Positions 1 through 8,200 of a stretch of 57,871 bases of DNA are shown here, piece after piece. The position numbers and the translations under genes were made by a program. Source of the stretch: Candidatus Woesearchaeota archaeon (lineage in GTDB: Archaea > Nanobdellota > Nanobdellia > Woesearchaeales > UBA11576). Location: contig JAFGJH010000059.1 in the NCBI GenBank assembly GCA_016929255.1, positions 1 through 57,871 on the forward strand, given 5' to 3'. A model generated the notes under the pieces. The model had not been told where the DNA came from and made no database searches. It worked only from the letters and a program-made list of their open reading frames with translations. Position 1 is the stretch's first letter. The number at the start of each line of letters is the position of its first letter.

Positions 1-133
1 CCGTAGGGGCCGACCCCCGAAAACGCCCGCAATACTCATCGCCAAATCGCCTCACAAAGAGGTGCTGGCTACATTCCGGACAGAGCCAATCCACTCAAAA
101 CTTTAATAAACAATCCAGCTTTTTTCTTCTTCA

Positions 134-1357
134 ATGGCGGAAAGGACAAAACCCTGGACACAGCAGCATTCCCCTAAGAAGATAAAGGATATAGCAGGAC
201 AGGACAAGGCCATAGCAGAGCTCAAGAGATTCGTGGTCAACTTCAGGAAAGAGAAGAAGAAGGCAGCGATCATCCACGGTCCAACAGGAAGCGGCAAGAC
301 CTGCGCAGTCTATGCGATAGCCAATGAGCTCGGGCTTGAGATAGTCGAGCTGAACGCATCAGACTTCAGGAACGCAGAGGGGATATCATCCATAGTAGGC
401 AACGCGTCAAGGCAGATGTCGCTGTTCTTCAAGGGCAAGATAATACTCGTAGACGAGATAGACGGAGTATCAGGAACGCAGGACCGGGGAGGAATACCTG
501 AGCTTGCGCGCATGATAGAGGGGACAGCATTCCCGATAGTCATGACAGCGAACGACCCGTTCGACAAGAAATTCTCAGACCTTCGCAAGAGAGCCGCGAT
601 GATAGAGTTCTCGCCGCTGCAATACACAGATGTGTTCGAGGCGCTGAAGCGCATAGCCGCGCTTGAGAAGATAAAGTACGAGGAAGACGCGCTCAAGTCA
701 ATAGCCAGACGGGTCGGAGGCGATGCCAGGGCAGCAGTCAATGACCTGCAGATGCTGAGCTCAGGAGGGACGCTCACCAAGAATGACCTCAATGCCCTGT
801 CAGACAGGGAGAAGACAGAGGAGATATCGACTGCCCTGACCAAAGTGTTCAAGACAACAGACCCCGCCATAGCCAGACAGTCGTTCGACACTGTCAGCGA
901 AGACCTCAAGGAATGCATGCTGTGGGTAGACGAGAACCTTCCCAAAGAATATGAGAAGCCTGCAGACCTGGCCAGGGCGTATGACTTCGTCTCCAAGGCA
1001 GACATAATGAACAGGCGCATAATGCGCTGGCAGCACTGGCGATTCCTGGTATACATCAACGACTACCTCAGCGCAGGGGTCGCAGTATCAAAGGATGAGA
1101 AGTACAGGAAGATAGTCGATTACGGTCAGACACAGAGGCTTCTTAAAATCTATATTGCAAACCGGAAATACCAGAAACGCCTCGCGATCTGCGAGAAGAT
1201 AGCAGCAGCGACACACAGCTCCAAGAAGGAAGTGGTGAAGGATACCTATCCATACATCAAGGAGATATTCAGGAAAGGCAAGGACAGGGAGATGATATCA
1301 GCGATAGCAGACAAGCTCGACCTGGACAGCGAAGAGATAGATTATCTGAGAAGATAG
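134..1357 (+). CDS. rfcL: Replication factor C large subunit (AAA+ clamp loader)
   Basis: 407-aa ORF. Walker A HGPTGSGKT, Walker B ILVDEIDG, ELNASDFRN box, and the C-terminal helical region typical of archaeal RFC large subunits. Confidence 0.85.
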   Translation: MAERTKPWTQQHSPKKIKDIAGQDKAIAELKRFVVNFRKEKKKAAIIHGPTGSGKTCAVYAIANELGLEIVELNASDFRNAEGISSIVGNASRQMSLFFKGKIILVDEIDGVSGTQDRGGIPELARMIEGTAFPIVMTANDPFDKKFSDLRKRAAMIEFSPLQYTDVFEALKRIAALEKIKYEEDALKSIARRVGGDARAAVNDLQMLSSGGTLTKNDLNALSDREKTEEISTALTKVFKTTDPAIARQSFDTVSEDLKECMLWVDENLPKEYEKPADLARAYDFVSKADIMNRRIMRWQHWRFLVYINDYLSAGVAVSKDEKYRKIVDYGQTQRLLKIYIANRKYQKRLAICEKIAAATHSSKKEVVKDTYPYIKEIFRKGKDREMISAIADKLDLDSEEIDYLRR

Positions 1358-1480
1358 GATTCCAAAAGATGATTTCTTGGCTTTTTAACCGGAACGCAGC
1401 ACAAACTATATAAATATAAAACCACAGAACACAGGTTCAGATAGTCAAATCTGTCTTGGGCTATCAACGGGGCAGGGTAA

Positions 1481-3082
1481 ATGACGGAAAAAGAGGCAAA
1501 GAAACAGACAAAACAGGAAAAGACACAGGAAACTAAACAGGAAAGGCCGATTCCAAAAGATGACCCTTCTAAATGCCTCAGCATAGATGACATGGCAGTA
1601 TTCTGCAAGAGGAAAGGATTTGTCTATCCAAGCTCTGAGATATACGGCGGGATGGCCGGATTCTTCGACTACGGCCCTTACGGCACAGAGCTAAAGAACA
1701 GCATCAAGAACGAATGGTGGAAGTCCCATGTCCAGTCACGCGAAGACATAGTGGGCATAGACGGCAGCATAATCTCAAACCCAAAAGTATGGGTCGCGTC
1801 AGGCCACGCAGAGCAGTTCGGAGACATACTAGTCGAGGATCTCAAGACACACGAAAGGCACAGGGCAGACGTGCTGATCGAGGAAGCGCTTAAGATACAG
1901 GCAGACGGCCTGTCTGCTGAGGACCTCGGCAAGCTGATCAAGGAGAACAATGTCAAGTCGCCCAAAGGCAACCCCCTGTCCGAACCCCGGAAGTTCAACC
2001 TCATGTTCACGACAAACGTCGGACCTGTCCAGAGCGAAGAGTCCAAGGCATACCTCAGGGCAGAGACAGCACAGATAATATTCGCGGAGTTCAAGAACGT
2101 ATTCGAGACATCAAGGCTCAAGCTGCCTTTCGGCATAGCCCAGATGGGGAAGGCGTTCAGGAACGAGATAGCGCCCAGGCACTTCCTGTTCAGGTGCAGG
2201 GAATTCGAGCAGATGGAGATAGAGTACTTCATACACCCGAAGAAGCACGGCGAGTGCCCATACATCAGCGAGGTCATCGAAGAAAAACTGACGGTGTATT
2301 CTGCAGAGATGCAGGAGAAGAAGCAGGAAGCGAAGGAGATGACTGTCAAGGACGCGCTCGCCAAGAAAGTCCTCAAGAGCCCGTGGCACGCATACTGGCT
2401 CGCCACAGAACACAGGTGGTTCCTCGACCTCGGCGCCCAAAGGGAGCACTTCAGGATAAGGCAGCACAAGAAAGACGAGCTCGCACACTACTCAAGCGAC
2501 TGCTGGGACCTTGAGTACAGGTTTCCATGGGGCTGGAAAGAGCTTGAAGGCATAGCCGACCGTTCAGACTTCGACCTCAATCAACACTCAAAGCACAGCA
2601 AGAAAGACCTGAGCATATACGACGAGGAGACAAAAGAGAAAGTGGTCCCCCACGTGGTCGCAGAGCCAAGCCTCGGCGTGGACAGGAGCTTCCTGGTGTT
2701 CATGTTCGATGCATACGACGACGACAAGAAAAGAGGGAACATCGTCCTGCACCTGCACCCCAAGCTCGCTCCCATAAAGGCAGCGGTACTGCCTCTTGTC
2801 AATAAGCTCGAGGACAAGGCAAAAGAGGTCCACAACCTGCTCAAGAATGACCTGTCCTGCTTCTATGACCGCGCAGGAAGCATAGGTCGGAGATACGCAA
2901 GGATGGACGAGCTCGGCACGCCGTTCTGCATCACAATCGACTTCGACTCGCTGGAGAAGGAGGACGTCACGATAAGGGACAGGGAGACCACAGAACAGGC
3001 AAGGGTCAAGATAAATGACCTGAAGGAGACGCTCAGGAAGCTAGCCATAGGAGATATCCAGTTCAAGGATATCAAGAAATAG
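1481..3082 (+). CDS. glyS: Glycyl-tRNA synthetase, archaeal/eukaryotic alpha2 type
   Basis: 533-aa ORF. N-terminal FVYPSSEIYGGMAGFFDYGPYG signature, class II motif 2 (FRNEIAPRHFLFRCREFEQME), C-terminal anticodon-binding domain. Confidence 0.9.
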   Translation: MTEKEAKKQTKQEKTQETKQERPIPKDDPSKCLSIDDMAVFCKRKGFVYPSSEIYGGMAGFFDYGPYGTELKNSIKNEWWKSHVQSREDIVGIDGSIISNPKVWVASGHAEQFGDILVEDLKTHERHRADVLIEEALKIQADGLSAEDLGKLIKENNVKSPKGNPLSEPRKFNLMFTTNVGPVQSEESKAYLRAETAQIIFAEFKNVFETSRLKLPFGIAQMGKAFRNEIAPRHFLFRCREFEQMEIEYFIHPKKHGECPYISEVIEEKLTVYSAEMQEKKQEAKEMTVKDALAKKVLKSPWHAYWLATEHRWFLDLGAQREHFRIRQHKKDELAHYSSDCWDLEYRFPWGWKELEGIADRSDFDLNQHSKHSKKDLSIYDEETKEKVVPHVVAEPSLGVDRSFLVFMFDAYDDDKKRGNIVLHLHPKLAPIKAAVLPLVNKLEDKAKEVHNLLKNDLSCFYDRAGSIGRRYARMDELGTPFCITIDFDSLEKEDVTIRDRETTEQARVKINDLKETLRKLAIGDIQFKDIKK

Positions 3083-3116
3083 AAAAAAATAGAACAGGCC
3101 GACCAAAGGAAAAAAG

Positions 3117-4163
3117 ATGGAAAAAACAGGTGAAAAAGCCAAGTCCTTCATCACGCACTCAGTGTTCATAATCATAGTAATCCTCGGGCTTTACTTCATC
3201 GTCACAGCATCGCCCACACTCACAGGATACGCGGTCCTCGACGCGAGCACTGCAAAAGCAAAGCTCGAAAGCGCTCTGTCAGGCTCCGCGATGTTCAGCC
3301 AGATAGCCCAGTCGAGCATCTGCGTGGTCATAAACGACCCCGAACAGCCACTTTCGCTGCAGGCTGCCAAGACAAGCACAGGATGGACTGTATCCGAGAT
3401 GAAAGGGATGTGCGCAGGCTTCACGTCAGAGGATGTCATAATACAGTTCCCTGACTACGATTCATTCTCAAAGATGGTGGATGACCCGTCTCCGCGGAAC
3501 CTTGCCAACGGAGCGATAAACCAGGACTTCCAGATACTTCAGTCAAGGTATGTCGAGCTGGGAGGCAACGTGGTCTGCGACGCAGCGTTCAGGGTCAAGT
3601 ACTGCGAAGCCCTCAAGAGCATGGCAACAACGAACCAGCTCATAGACGGCGACCTCGCATGCTGCCTTGACAAGCTCACAAGGGCAGAGAAGAAGCTCCT
3701 CGAAGAGCACCTCAATCAAGGCAACTATGAAGATGAGATGGGTGTCCTCCAGCAGCCCACGACAATAGCAGGCATGAGCATGACCACAAGCATCATAATA
3801 CTCGCCGCAGTAATCCTGGTCATCGTCGGCATAGTCGCAGGGGTCATGATGGGACACAAAGGAGGCAAGGCCCCTTCGACGACAGCTGCTCCGATGCCCA
3901 CTATGCCTGCTATGCCTGCAGGAATGCCTGCGGGAGCAGAGGCGGCGGGGGCCGCGATGCCAGAGGTGCAGGCAGGATACAGCCGGCCAGCACAGCCTAC
4001 AGAAAGCCCGCAGATAACCGACCTCAGGAACTATGTTGCGCAGGTGATTTCAGAAGGGTATGACCTTGAAGAGATAAGGTCACACCTCATCGAGATAGGC
4101 TGGGACTACCAGACAGCAGAGCAGATAATAGGAGATGCGCAGCAGCAGCTGCAGCAGCAGTAG
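3117..4163 (+). CDS. Membrane protein, function unknown
   Basis: 348-aa ORF with N-terminal signal-anchor helix, second TM helix (IIILAAVILVIVGIVAGVMM), Pro/Ala/Met-rich linker (PMPTMPAMPAGMPAG) and a short C-terminal helical domain. Confidence 0.6.
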   Translation: MEKTGEKAKSFITHSVFIIIVILGLYFIVTASPTLTGYAVLDASTAKAKLESALSGSAMFSQIAQSSICVVINDPEQPLSLQAAKTSTGWTVSEMKGMCAGFTSEDVIIQFPDYDSFSKMVDDPSPRNLANGAINQDFQILQSRYVELGGNVVCDAAFRVKYCEALKSMATTNQLIDGDLACCLDKLTRAEKKLLEEHLNQGNYEDEMGVLQQPTTIAGMSMTTSIIILAAVILVIVGIVAGVMMGHKGGKAPSTTAAPMPTMPAMPAGMPAGAEAAGAAMPEVQAGYSRPAQPTESPQITDLRNYVAQVISEGYDLEEIRSHLIEIGWDYQTAEQIIGDAQQQLQQQ

Positions 4164-4262
4164 AGGATGCAAAACCGCGCAATATAAAAACCGGCACAAC
4201 AAGCTTTTTATACTCTTTCTGACAAACAAGCCATATAAAGAAAAAGCAAACAGGGGGTAAGC

Positions 4263-5438
4263 ATGGCAGATCTCATAGACGTTATGCGGAGGATGCGGAA
4301 GCTGTCCTCTGAAGAGGAGAAGTCTCTCGATTCCCTTGACTGGTATGTCTCTGAAAAGCAGAAACGCCTGGTCAGAGGACTCCTCAAGGAGAAGAAGGTG
4401 GCCATAGAGACGGAATCATTCTCGCTCGGCGGGCTCATAGACAGACTCAGCATCCCCAAGCTGGTAGCCAAGAAGAAGAGTGAAGAGGCAGACGGGCTGA
4501 TAGAAGACATCAACACAGCGATAGACGAGAAGACGAAAAAGACCCTGTTCACAGAATTCTCAAAAGCAATACATGACAAATGCTCGCAGATAATCGCGCC
4601 CAACATAGTCGGGTTCGAGACAGTCAAGAAGGCAGTCGCGCTGCAGCTTCTCTCACCGGAACGCATACACATACTTCTGCTCGGCGACCCGGGCACAGGC
4701 AAGACACAGATACTCAGCTCAGCGACAGAGCTCGCTCCGATATCATCGATGGGGCTCGGCTCAGGCACTTCAGGAGTGGGTCTTGCGGTAACTGTCAAGG
4801 GCAACGAGGTGATGAAAGGGCTCCTGCCCATGGCAGACAAAGGCCTGTGCGCAATCGACGAGCTCAACCTCATGAAAGAGGAGTCGAGGGCCAGCCTCTA
4901 CAACGCTATGGAGAAAGGGTTTGTCAGCTACGACAAGGGAGGACACTCATACAAGTTCGACGCGCGAGTGTCTGTGCTTGCGACAGCAAACCCCAAAGGC
5001 GACAAGTTCACGGGCACGACAGTCAGCGAGCTGAAGAAGCAGCTCCCGTTCGATGCAGCGCTGCTGACGAGGTTCCACCTCACATTCCTGGTCAAGAAGC
5101 ACGACATAGATGAGTTCAAGAAGATAACAAAGGCCCTGCTGCAGAAGTGCAAGCACGAGCTGAGCAGCAAGGAGCAGGAATTCCTGAAGAGCTACATAAG
5201 GCACGCGCACTCGCTCGGGGACATAAATCTCCCGAAGAAGTTCGAGCAGGAGATAGTCGACTTCATTGCAGACATAAAGGAGAACGAGAAGAAATACCTC
5301 GTCGAGATATCCCCCAGGATGGTCGTCGGCTTCACAAGGCTCGCGAAAGCATCCGCGCGCTCAGAGCTGAGGGGAGAGGTCGCTGAGAAGGACGTGGCGC
5401 TGGTGAAACATATAGTCAAGGAAAGCCTTAAGCTGTGA
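4263..5438 (+). CDS. mcm: MCM-family AAA+ ATPase lacking the canonical N-terminal OB/Zn domain
   Basis: 391 aa. IAPNIVGFETVKKAVALQL, Walker A LLGDPGTGKTQ, Walker B CAIDELNLM, MCM-type arginine finger LLTRFHLTF, sensor-2-like ISPRMVVGFTRLAKASA. Only about 110 aa precede the ATPase core. Confidence 0.75.
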   Translation: MADLIDVMRRMRKLSSEEEKSLDSLDWYVSEKQKRLVRGLLKEKKVAIETESFSLGGLIDRLSIPKLVAKKKSEEADGLIEDINTAIDEKTKKTLFTEFSKAIHDKCSQIIAPNIVGFETVKKAVALQLLSPERIHILLLGDPGTGKTQILSSATELAPISSMGLGSGTSGVGLAVTVKGNEVMKGLLPMADKGLCAIDELNLMKEESRASLYNAMEKGFVSYDKGGHSYKFDARVSVLATANPKGDKFTGTTVSELKKQLPFDAALLTRFHLTFLVKKHDIDEFKKITKALLQKCKHELSSKEQEFLKSYIRHAHSLGDINLPKKFEQEIVDFIADIKENEKKYLVEISPRMVVGFTRLAKASARSELRGEVAEKDVALVKHIVKESLKL

Positions 5439-5582
5439 TGCGCACAATCCTTCGAAATTCTGCGCAAAAACAGAAAAAATGCCCGTCCGTATAACGCGGG
5501 CTGCTGAAAACCGCAACCGAAAGTTATATAAACAAAACACAAATTTTTGAGGCAGGACAAAACAAGCAAAGACGGTGAACTG

Positions 5583-6215
5583 ATGATAAAATTTGTCGGA
5601 AAATTCATCCATAAGGTGTTCAGGGACATATTCAGGAAACGCAAAGCACTAAAGATAGGTCTATACGGCCCTCCGAACGGCGGCAAGACAACGCTCGCCA
5701 ACAGGCTCTGCCTGGACTGGCTCGGCGAGGAGATGGGAAGCGTCTCTAACATAGAGCACGAGACAAGAGAGGTCCAGATAAAGGAGCGGATAACAGTCAA
5801 GAAGGACAACCATGAGCTTTCTTTCAGCCTTGTAGACACCCCTGGCATAGCCACGAAGATAGACTATGAGGACTTCATGAAGAAAGGACTGACCGAATCA
5901 GAGTCCAAGAAGCGTGCAAAGGAGGCCACAAAAGGTGTCATCGACGCCATAAGATGGCTAGACAACATGGACGTGGTCGTAGTCGTGCTAGACGCCACAA
6001 AAGACCCGTACTCGCAGGTCAACATAACAATAATAGGCAACCTCGCAGCAAGGGACATACCTGTCCTTGTCGTGGGCAACAAGACAGACCTGAGGAAGGC
6101 GAGCATAAAGAAGATCAAGGCGGCCTTCCCGCAGTACGATGTCATAGGGATATCAGCGAAGAAAGGCACGAACATGGAGGAGTTCTACGAATCCCTGTTC
6201 GTCATAGCAGGATGA
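5583..6215 (+). CDS. Small GTP-binding protein (TRAFAC GTPase)
   Basis: G1 GPPNGGKT, G3 VDTPG, G4 GNKTD, G5 ISAKKG. ATG at 5583 with GGTGA 6 nt upstream is preferred over the TTG at 5547, which lies immediately after the TATA box at 5524-5532. Confidence 0.75.
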   Translation: MIKFVGKFIHKVFRDIFRKRKALKIGLYGPPNGGKTTLANRLCLDWLGEEMGSVSNIEHETREVQIKERITVKKDNHELSFSLVDTPGIATKIDYEDFMKKGLTESESKKRAKEATKGVIDAIRWLDNMDVVVVVLDATKDPYSQVNITIIGNLAARDIPVLVVGNKTDLRKASIKKIKAAFPQYDVIGISAKKGTNMEEFYESLFVIAG

Positions 6216-6637
6216 GGTTTCAGAAGATGGGACTCACACTACAATTTGTTCCTTACATGGAAATCGAGAACCTGAGCTCGATAGGCAGGATCAGGAAACT
6301 GCTCAACGCAGTCAAAGAGGACAAGATAGTCCTGCTGGAAGGCAGGCTCAAGAAGGAAGAGGAAGCTGAGCTCATCAAGACGACGATGGAAGAGATAAAC
6401 TCAGAGTTCAGGGGCATCGAGCTGGCAGTCGTATACCCTGCGGCGCACAACATGGCAGCTTTCAGGAAGCTGAAGCAGCAGTTCATCAACATGCTGCTCG
6501 GAGACAGGCAGGGTCTGACGATAATAGGCCCCGCATCCATAGTCAAGGAGATAAAGAAAGACCCCAACAAGATACAGCTTTTCACGACGGACGATAGGTC
6601 TAAACCCAAGAAGGCCAGGAAGAAAGCCAAGAGCTAA
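6212..6637 (+). CDS. Conserved archaeal protein resembling the DUF2073 family, function unknown
   Basis: ATG overlaps the GTPase stop (ATGA coupling). The motif KIVLLEGRL..EEEAELIKTTMEEI resembles the small proteins encoded next to this GTPase in other archaea (recalled from memory, not searched). Lys-rich tail. Confidence 0.5.
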   Translation: MRFQKMGLTLQFVPYMEIENLSSIGRIRKLLNAVKEDKIVLLEGRLKKEEEAELIKTTMEEINSEFRGIELAVVYPAAHNMAAFRKLKQQFINMLLGDRQGLTIIGPASIVKEIKKDPNKIQLFTTDDRSKPKKARKKAKS

Positions 6638-6645
6638 GATACACC

Positions 6646-7041
6646 ATGCCTCACCAATGCGTCAGATGCGGAAAATTCTATGAGGATGGAGACTCAACGC
6701 TCCTTCAGAAGGGCTGCTCGTGCGGGTCAAGGCTCTGGTTCTTCGTCAAGAAAGAATCAATAGATAAAGCCAAGACAATAAACACCAACCTCACGCAGGA
6801 GCAGAAGGTGCAGATCGAGGAGGATGTCCGTGAGATAATAGGCGAAACAGACCCTGATGAGCCCGTGGTGCTGGACCTCGAGTCCATACGCGTGACAGAG
6901 CCCGGCAAGTTCGAGCTCGACCTCGTGCAGCTCTTCAACAAGGACAAGCCGATAGTCTTCAAGCTCGCAGAAGGCAAGTACCTGATAGACATACCAGAGA
7001 CCTTCCAGAGAAGAAGGGAGCTGGGCGAGAAGCACGAGTGA
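6646..7041 (+). CDS. Zn-ribbon protein (DUF2072-like)
   Basis: 131 aa. N-terminal CxxC...CxC ribbon (CVRCGKFY...GCSCGS). Third gene of the GTPase triad. Confidence 0.6.
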   Translation: MPHQCVRCGKFYEDGDSTLLQKGCSCGSRLWFFVKKESIDKAKTINTNLTQEQKVQIEEDVREIIGETDPDEPVVLDLESIRVTEPGKFELDLVQLFNKDKPIVFKLAEGKYLIDIPETFQRRRELGEKHE

Positions 7042-7075
7042 CTATTTCTTGTAATCTAAAATGAAAAATACAAAA

Positions 7076-7280
7076 ATAATGCCGACTCGTGGACTCATCG
7101 GCATCATTAAGCATTAAAAAATGCATAATGCATTTTTTCAAATACAAAGATAATCCCGACTCCCTGCGGTCGTCTGGGATAATCAAGCATTTGAAAACAC
7201 AAAATCCCGACTTTACGGATAATCCTGCGGATTATCCCACTTGGCAACAGGTTGTCAATCATCGGGATTTTGCATTTCTC
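7076..7280. repeat. Cluster of three related hairpin units plus a 23-bp perfect palindrome (possible ncRNA or operator array)
   Basis: Unit 1 stem ATGCCGA/TCGGCAT (7078-7104). Palindrome AAAAAATGCAT-A-ATGCATTTTTT (7116-7138). Unit 2 stem ATCCC/GGGAT (7153-7180). Unit 3 outer stem AAATCCCGA/TCGGGATTT (7202-7210 / 7262-7270) encloses hairpins GGATAATCC/GGATTATCC and TTGGCAAC/GTTGTCAA. Each unit is followed by GCATT. Confidence 0.45.
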
Positions 7281-7283
7281 AAA

Positions 7284-7462
7284 TGGGACGGCGGGGACTT
7301 TCATGTTGTTGAACAACAATTTGAACCCCGAACCCCACGGTATCTGACAATCATCCCCTTGCGGGTCATCATACCGTATGGCATGAAACGGCCTTCAGCC
7401 GTGTGCTCTTTTCTGCCGCGAGCCTCGCAGGCTCGGCAGGTCCCAGATTGAGCTACCGTCCC
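7284..7462 (-). tRNA. tRNA-Phe (anticodon GAA) with three introns; CCA not encoded
   Basis: The minus strand parses exactly (179 nt) as GGGACGG-TA-GCTC-AATCTGGGA-[32 nt]-GAGC-A-CACGG-CTGAAG-[51 nt]-A-CCGTG-GGGTT-CGGGG-TTCAAAT-[22 nt]-CCCCG-CCGTCCC-A. The spliced 74-nt product has fully Watson-Crick stems and closely resembles known archaeal tRNA-Phe. Confidence 0.85.
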
Positions 7463-7702
7463 ATCGACCGCTCTTTGTTGTCTCTCATCGGCATAAAGCC
7501 TCGACAATCTGGGTGGTCATACGAAGAATCTGATTGATTTATATAACTTTTGGTGCTTGGCTGTTCCATCCCGCACAGCCACAGCGCGCTCCGTCCTCTT
7601 CTTAAACAGCATCTTTCACCGAGTGTTGAACTCTGGATCATTATCCCACAACGTCGCAAGGCGGCAGTGGCTGTGTGGGCCGGTTTTAGAATTAGACTCT
7701 GA

Positions 7703-8200
7703 TCAGCTGAGGTCCTCTTCCTCGACATCAATGGGATCTTCAGGAGCGCCCCCTTTCTTCGGCACCTCGTCCTCCTTGTCATCACCGAACGAGAAATCAT
7801 CGGGCTTATCCGCTGATGCCGACTCCTCCTTTGGCTCTTCCTTCTCTTCGGCAGGCGCCGGTTCCGGCTTCGCAGCAGCCCCCGGACCTTCTGCTTCCTG
7901 CGGCACACCCTCCTTACTCACGACGTCAAGCGTACCGAACTTCCCTGTCGTCAGCTGAAGCTCACCCTGAAACTCGCCAACATAGCCTTTCTGGATCTTG
8001 ACCTTGTCACCCACGCGGACCTTCTCAATCTGCTCATTCCACAAAGAAAGCTTAACCCTGCCGGTGCCGTCCTTTATCAGCGCATTCGCGACCTTACCCT
8101 GCCTACCAAACTTGCTGAACTCACGGACATCACTCATCTCAACAACTTCACCTTCGACATCAACATTCGTCTGTCTCGGCTGCAGGTCTTTTATGAACAT
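7703..8200 (-). CDS. Single-OB-fold ssDNA-binding protein (SSB/RPA-like) with acidic C-terminal tail
   Basis: 165 aa. One OB-fold-like N-terminal domain (VDVEGEVVEMSDVREF...GKVANALIKDGTGRVKLSLWNEQ), then a Pro/Ala/Glu-rich linker and an acidic tail ending DPIDVEEEDLS. Confidence 0.7.
   Translation of the reverse strand: MFIKDLQPRQTNVDVEGEVVEMSDVREFSKFGRQGKVANALIKDGTGRVKLSLWNEQIEKVRVGDKVKIQKGYVGEFQGELQLTTGKFGTLDVVSKEGVPQEAEGPGAAAKPEPAPAEEKEEPKEESASADKPDDFSFGDDKEDEVPKKGGAPEDPIDVEEEDLS

Noticed and set aside
310-1059. Long antisense ORFs opposite confident genes (for example 310-1059 -, 1678-2469 -, 4208-4873 -, 15479-16237 -, 35870-36454 -, 55992-56783 -)
   Set aside because: They lie fully inside genes with clear family motifs on the other strand. 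Their composition is Ser/Leu/Cys-rich, typical of shadow frames in this codon usage. No promoter or SD features were found.
5954-6211. N-terminal 86 aa of the track ORF 5954-6637
   Set aside because: This part overlaps the GTPase gene in another frame and is Arg/His/Gly-rich. The ATG at 6212, coupled to the GTPase stop, is the plausible start.
7297-7304. GAAAGTCC string (RNase P RNA CR-I-like) on the minus strand
   Set aside because: It lies within the T-loop intron and T-stem of the tRNA-Phe gene. No other RNase P conserved regions or pseudoknot partners are nearby.
7337-7385. Full C/D box sRNA inside the tRNA intron
   Set aside because: Only a C-box-like AUGAUGA is present. There is no CUGA D box and no room for 10-12-nt guide regions. 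It is kept only as a K-turn-like observation.
7089-7958. Track ORFs 7089-7451 (+), 7301-7507 (-), 7453-7908 (-) and 7557-7958 (+)
   Set aside because: They overlap the hairpin array, the tRNA-Phe gene or the antisense strand of the SSB gene. Their sequences are Arg/Ser/Pro-rich and non-protein-like.
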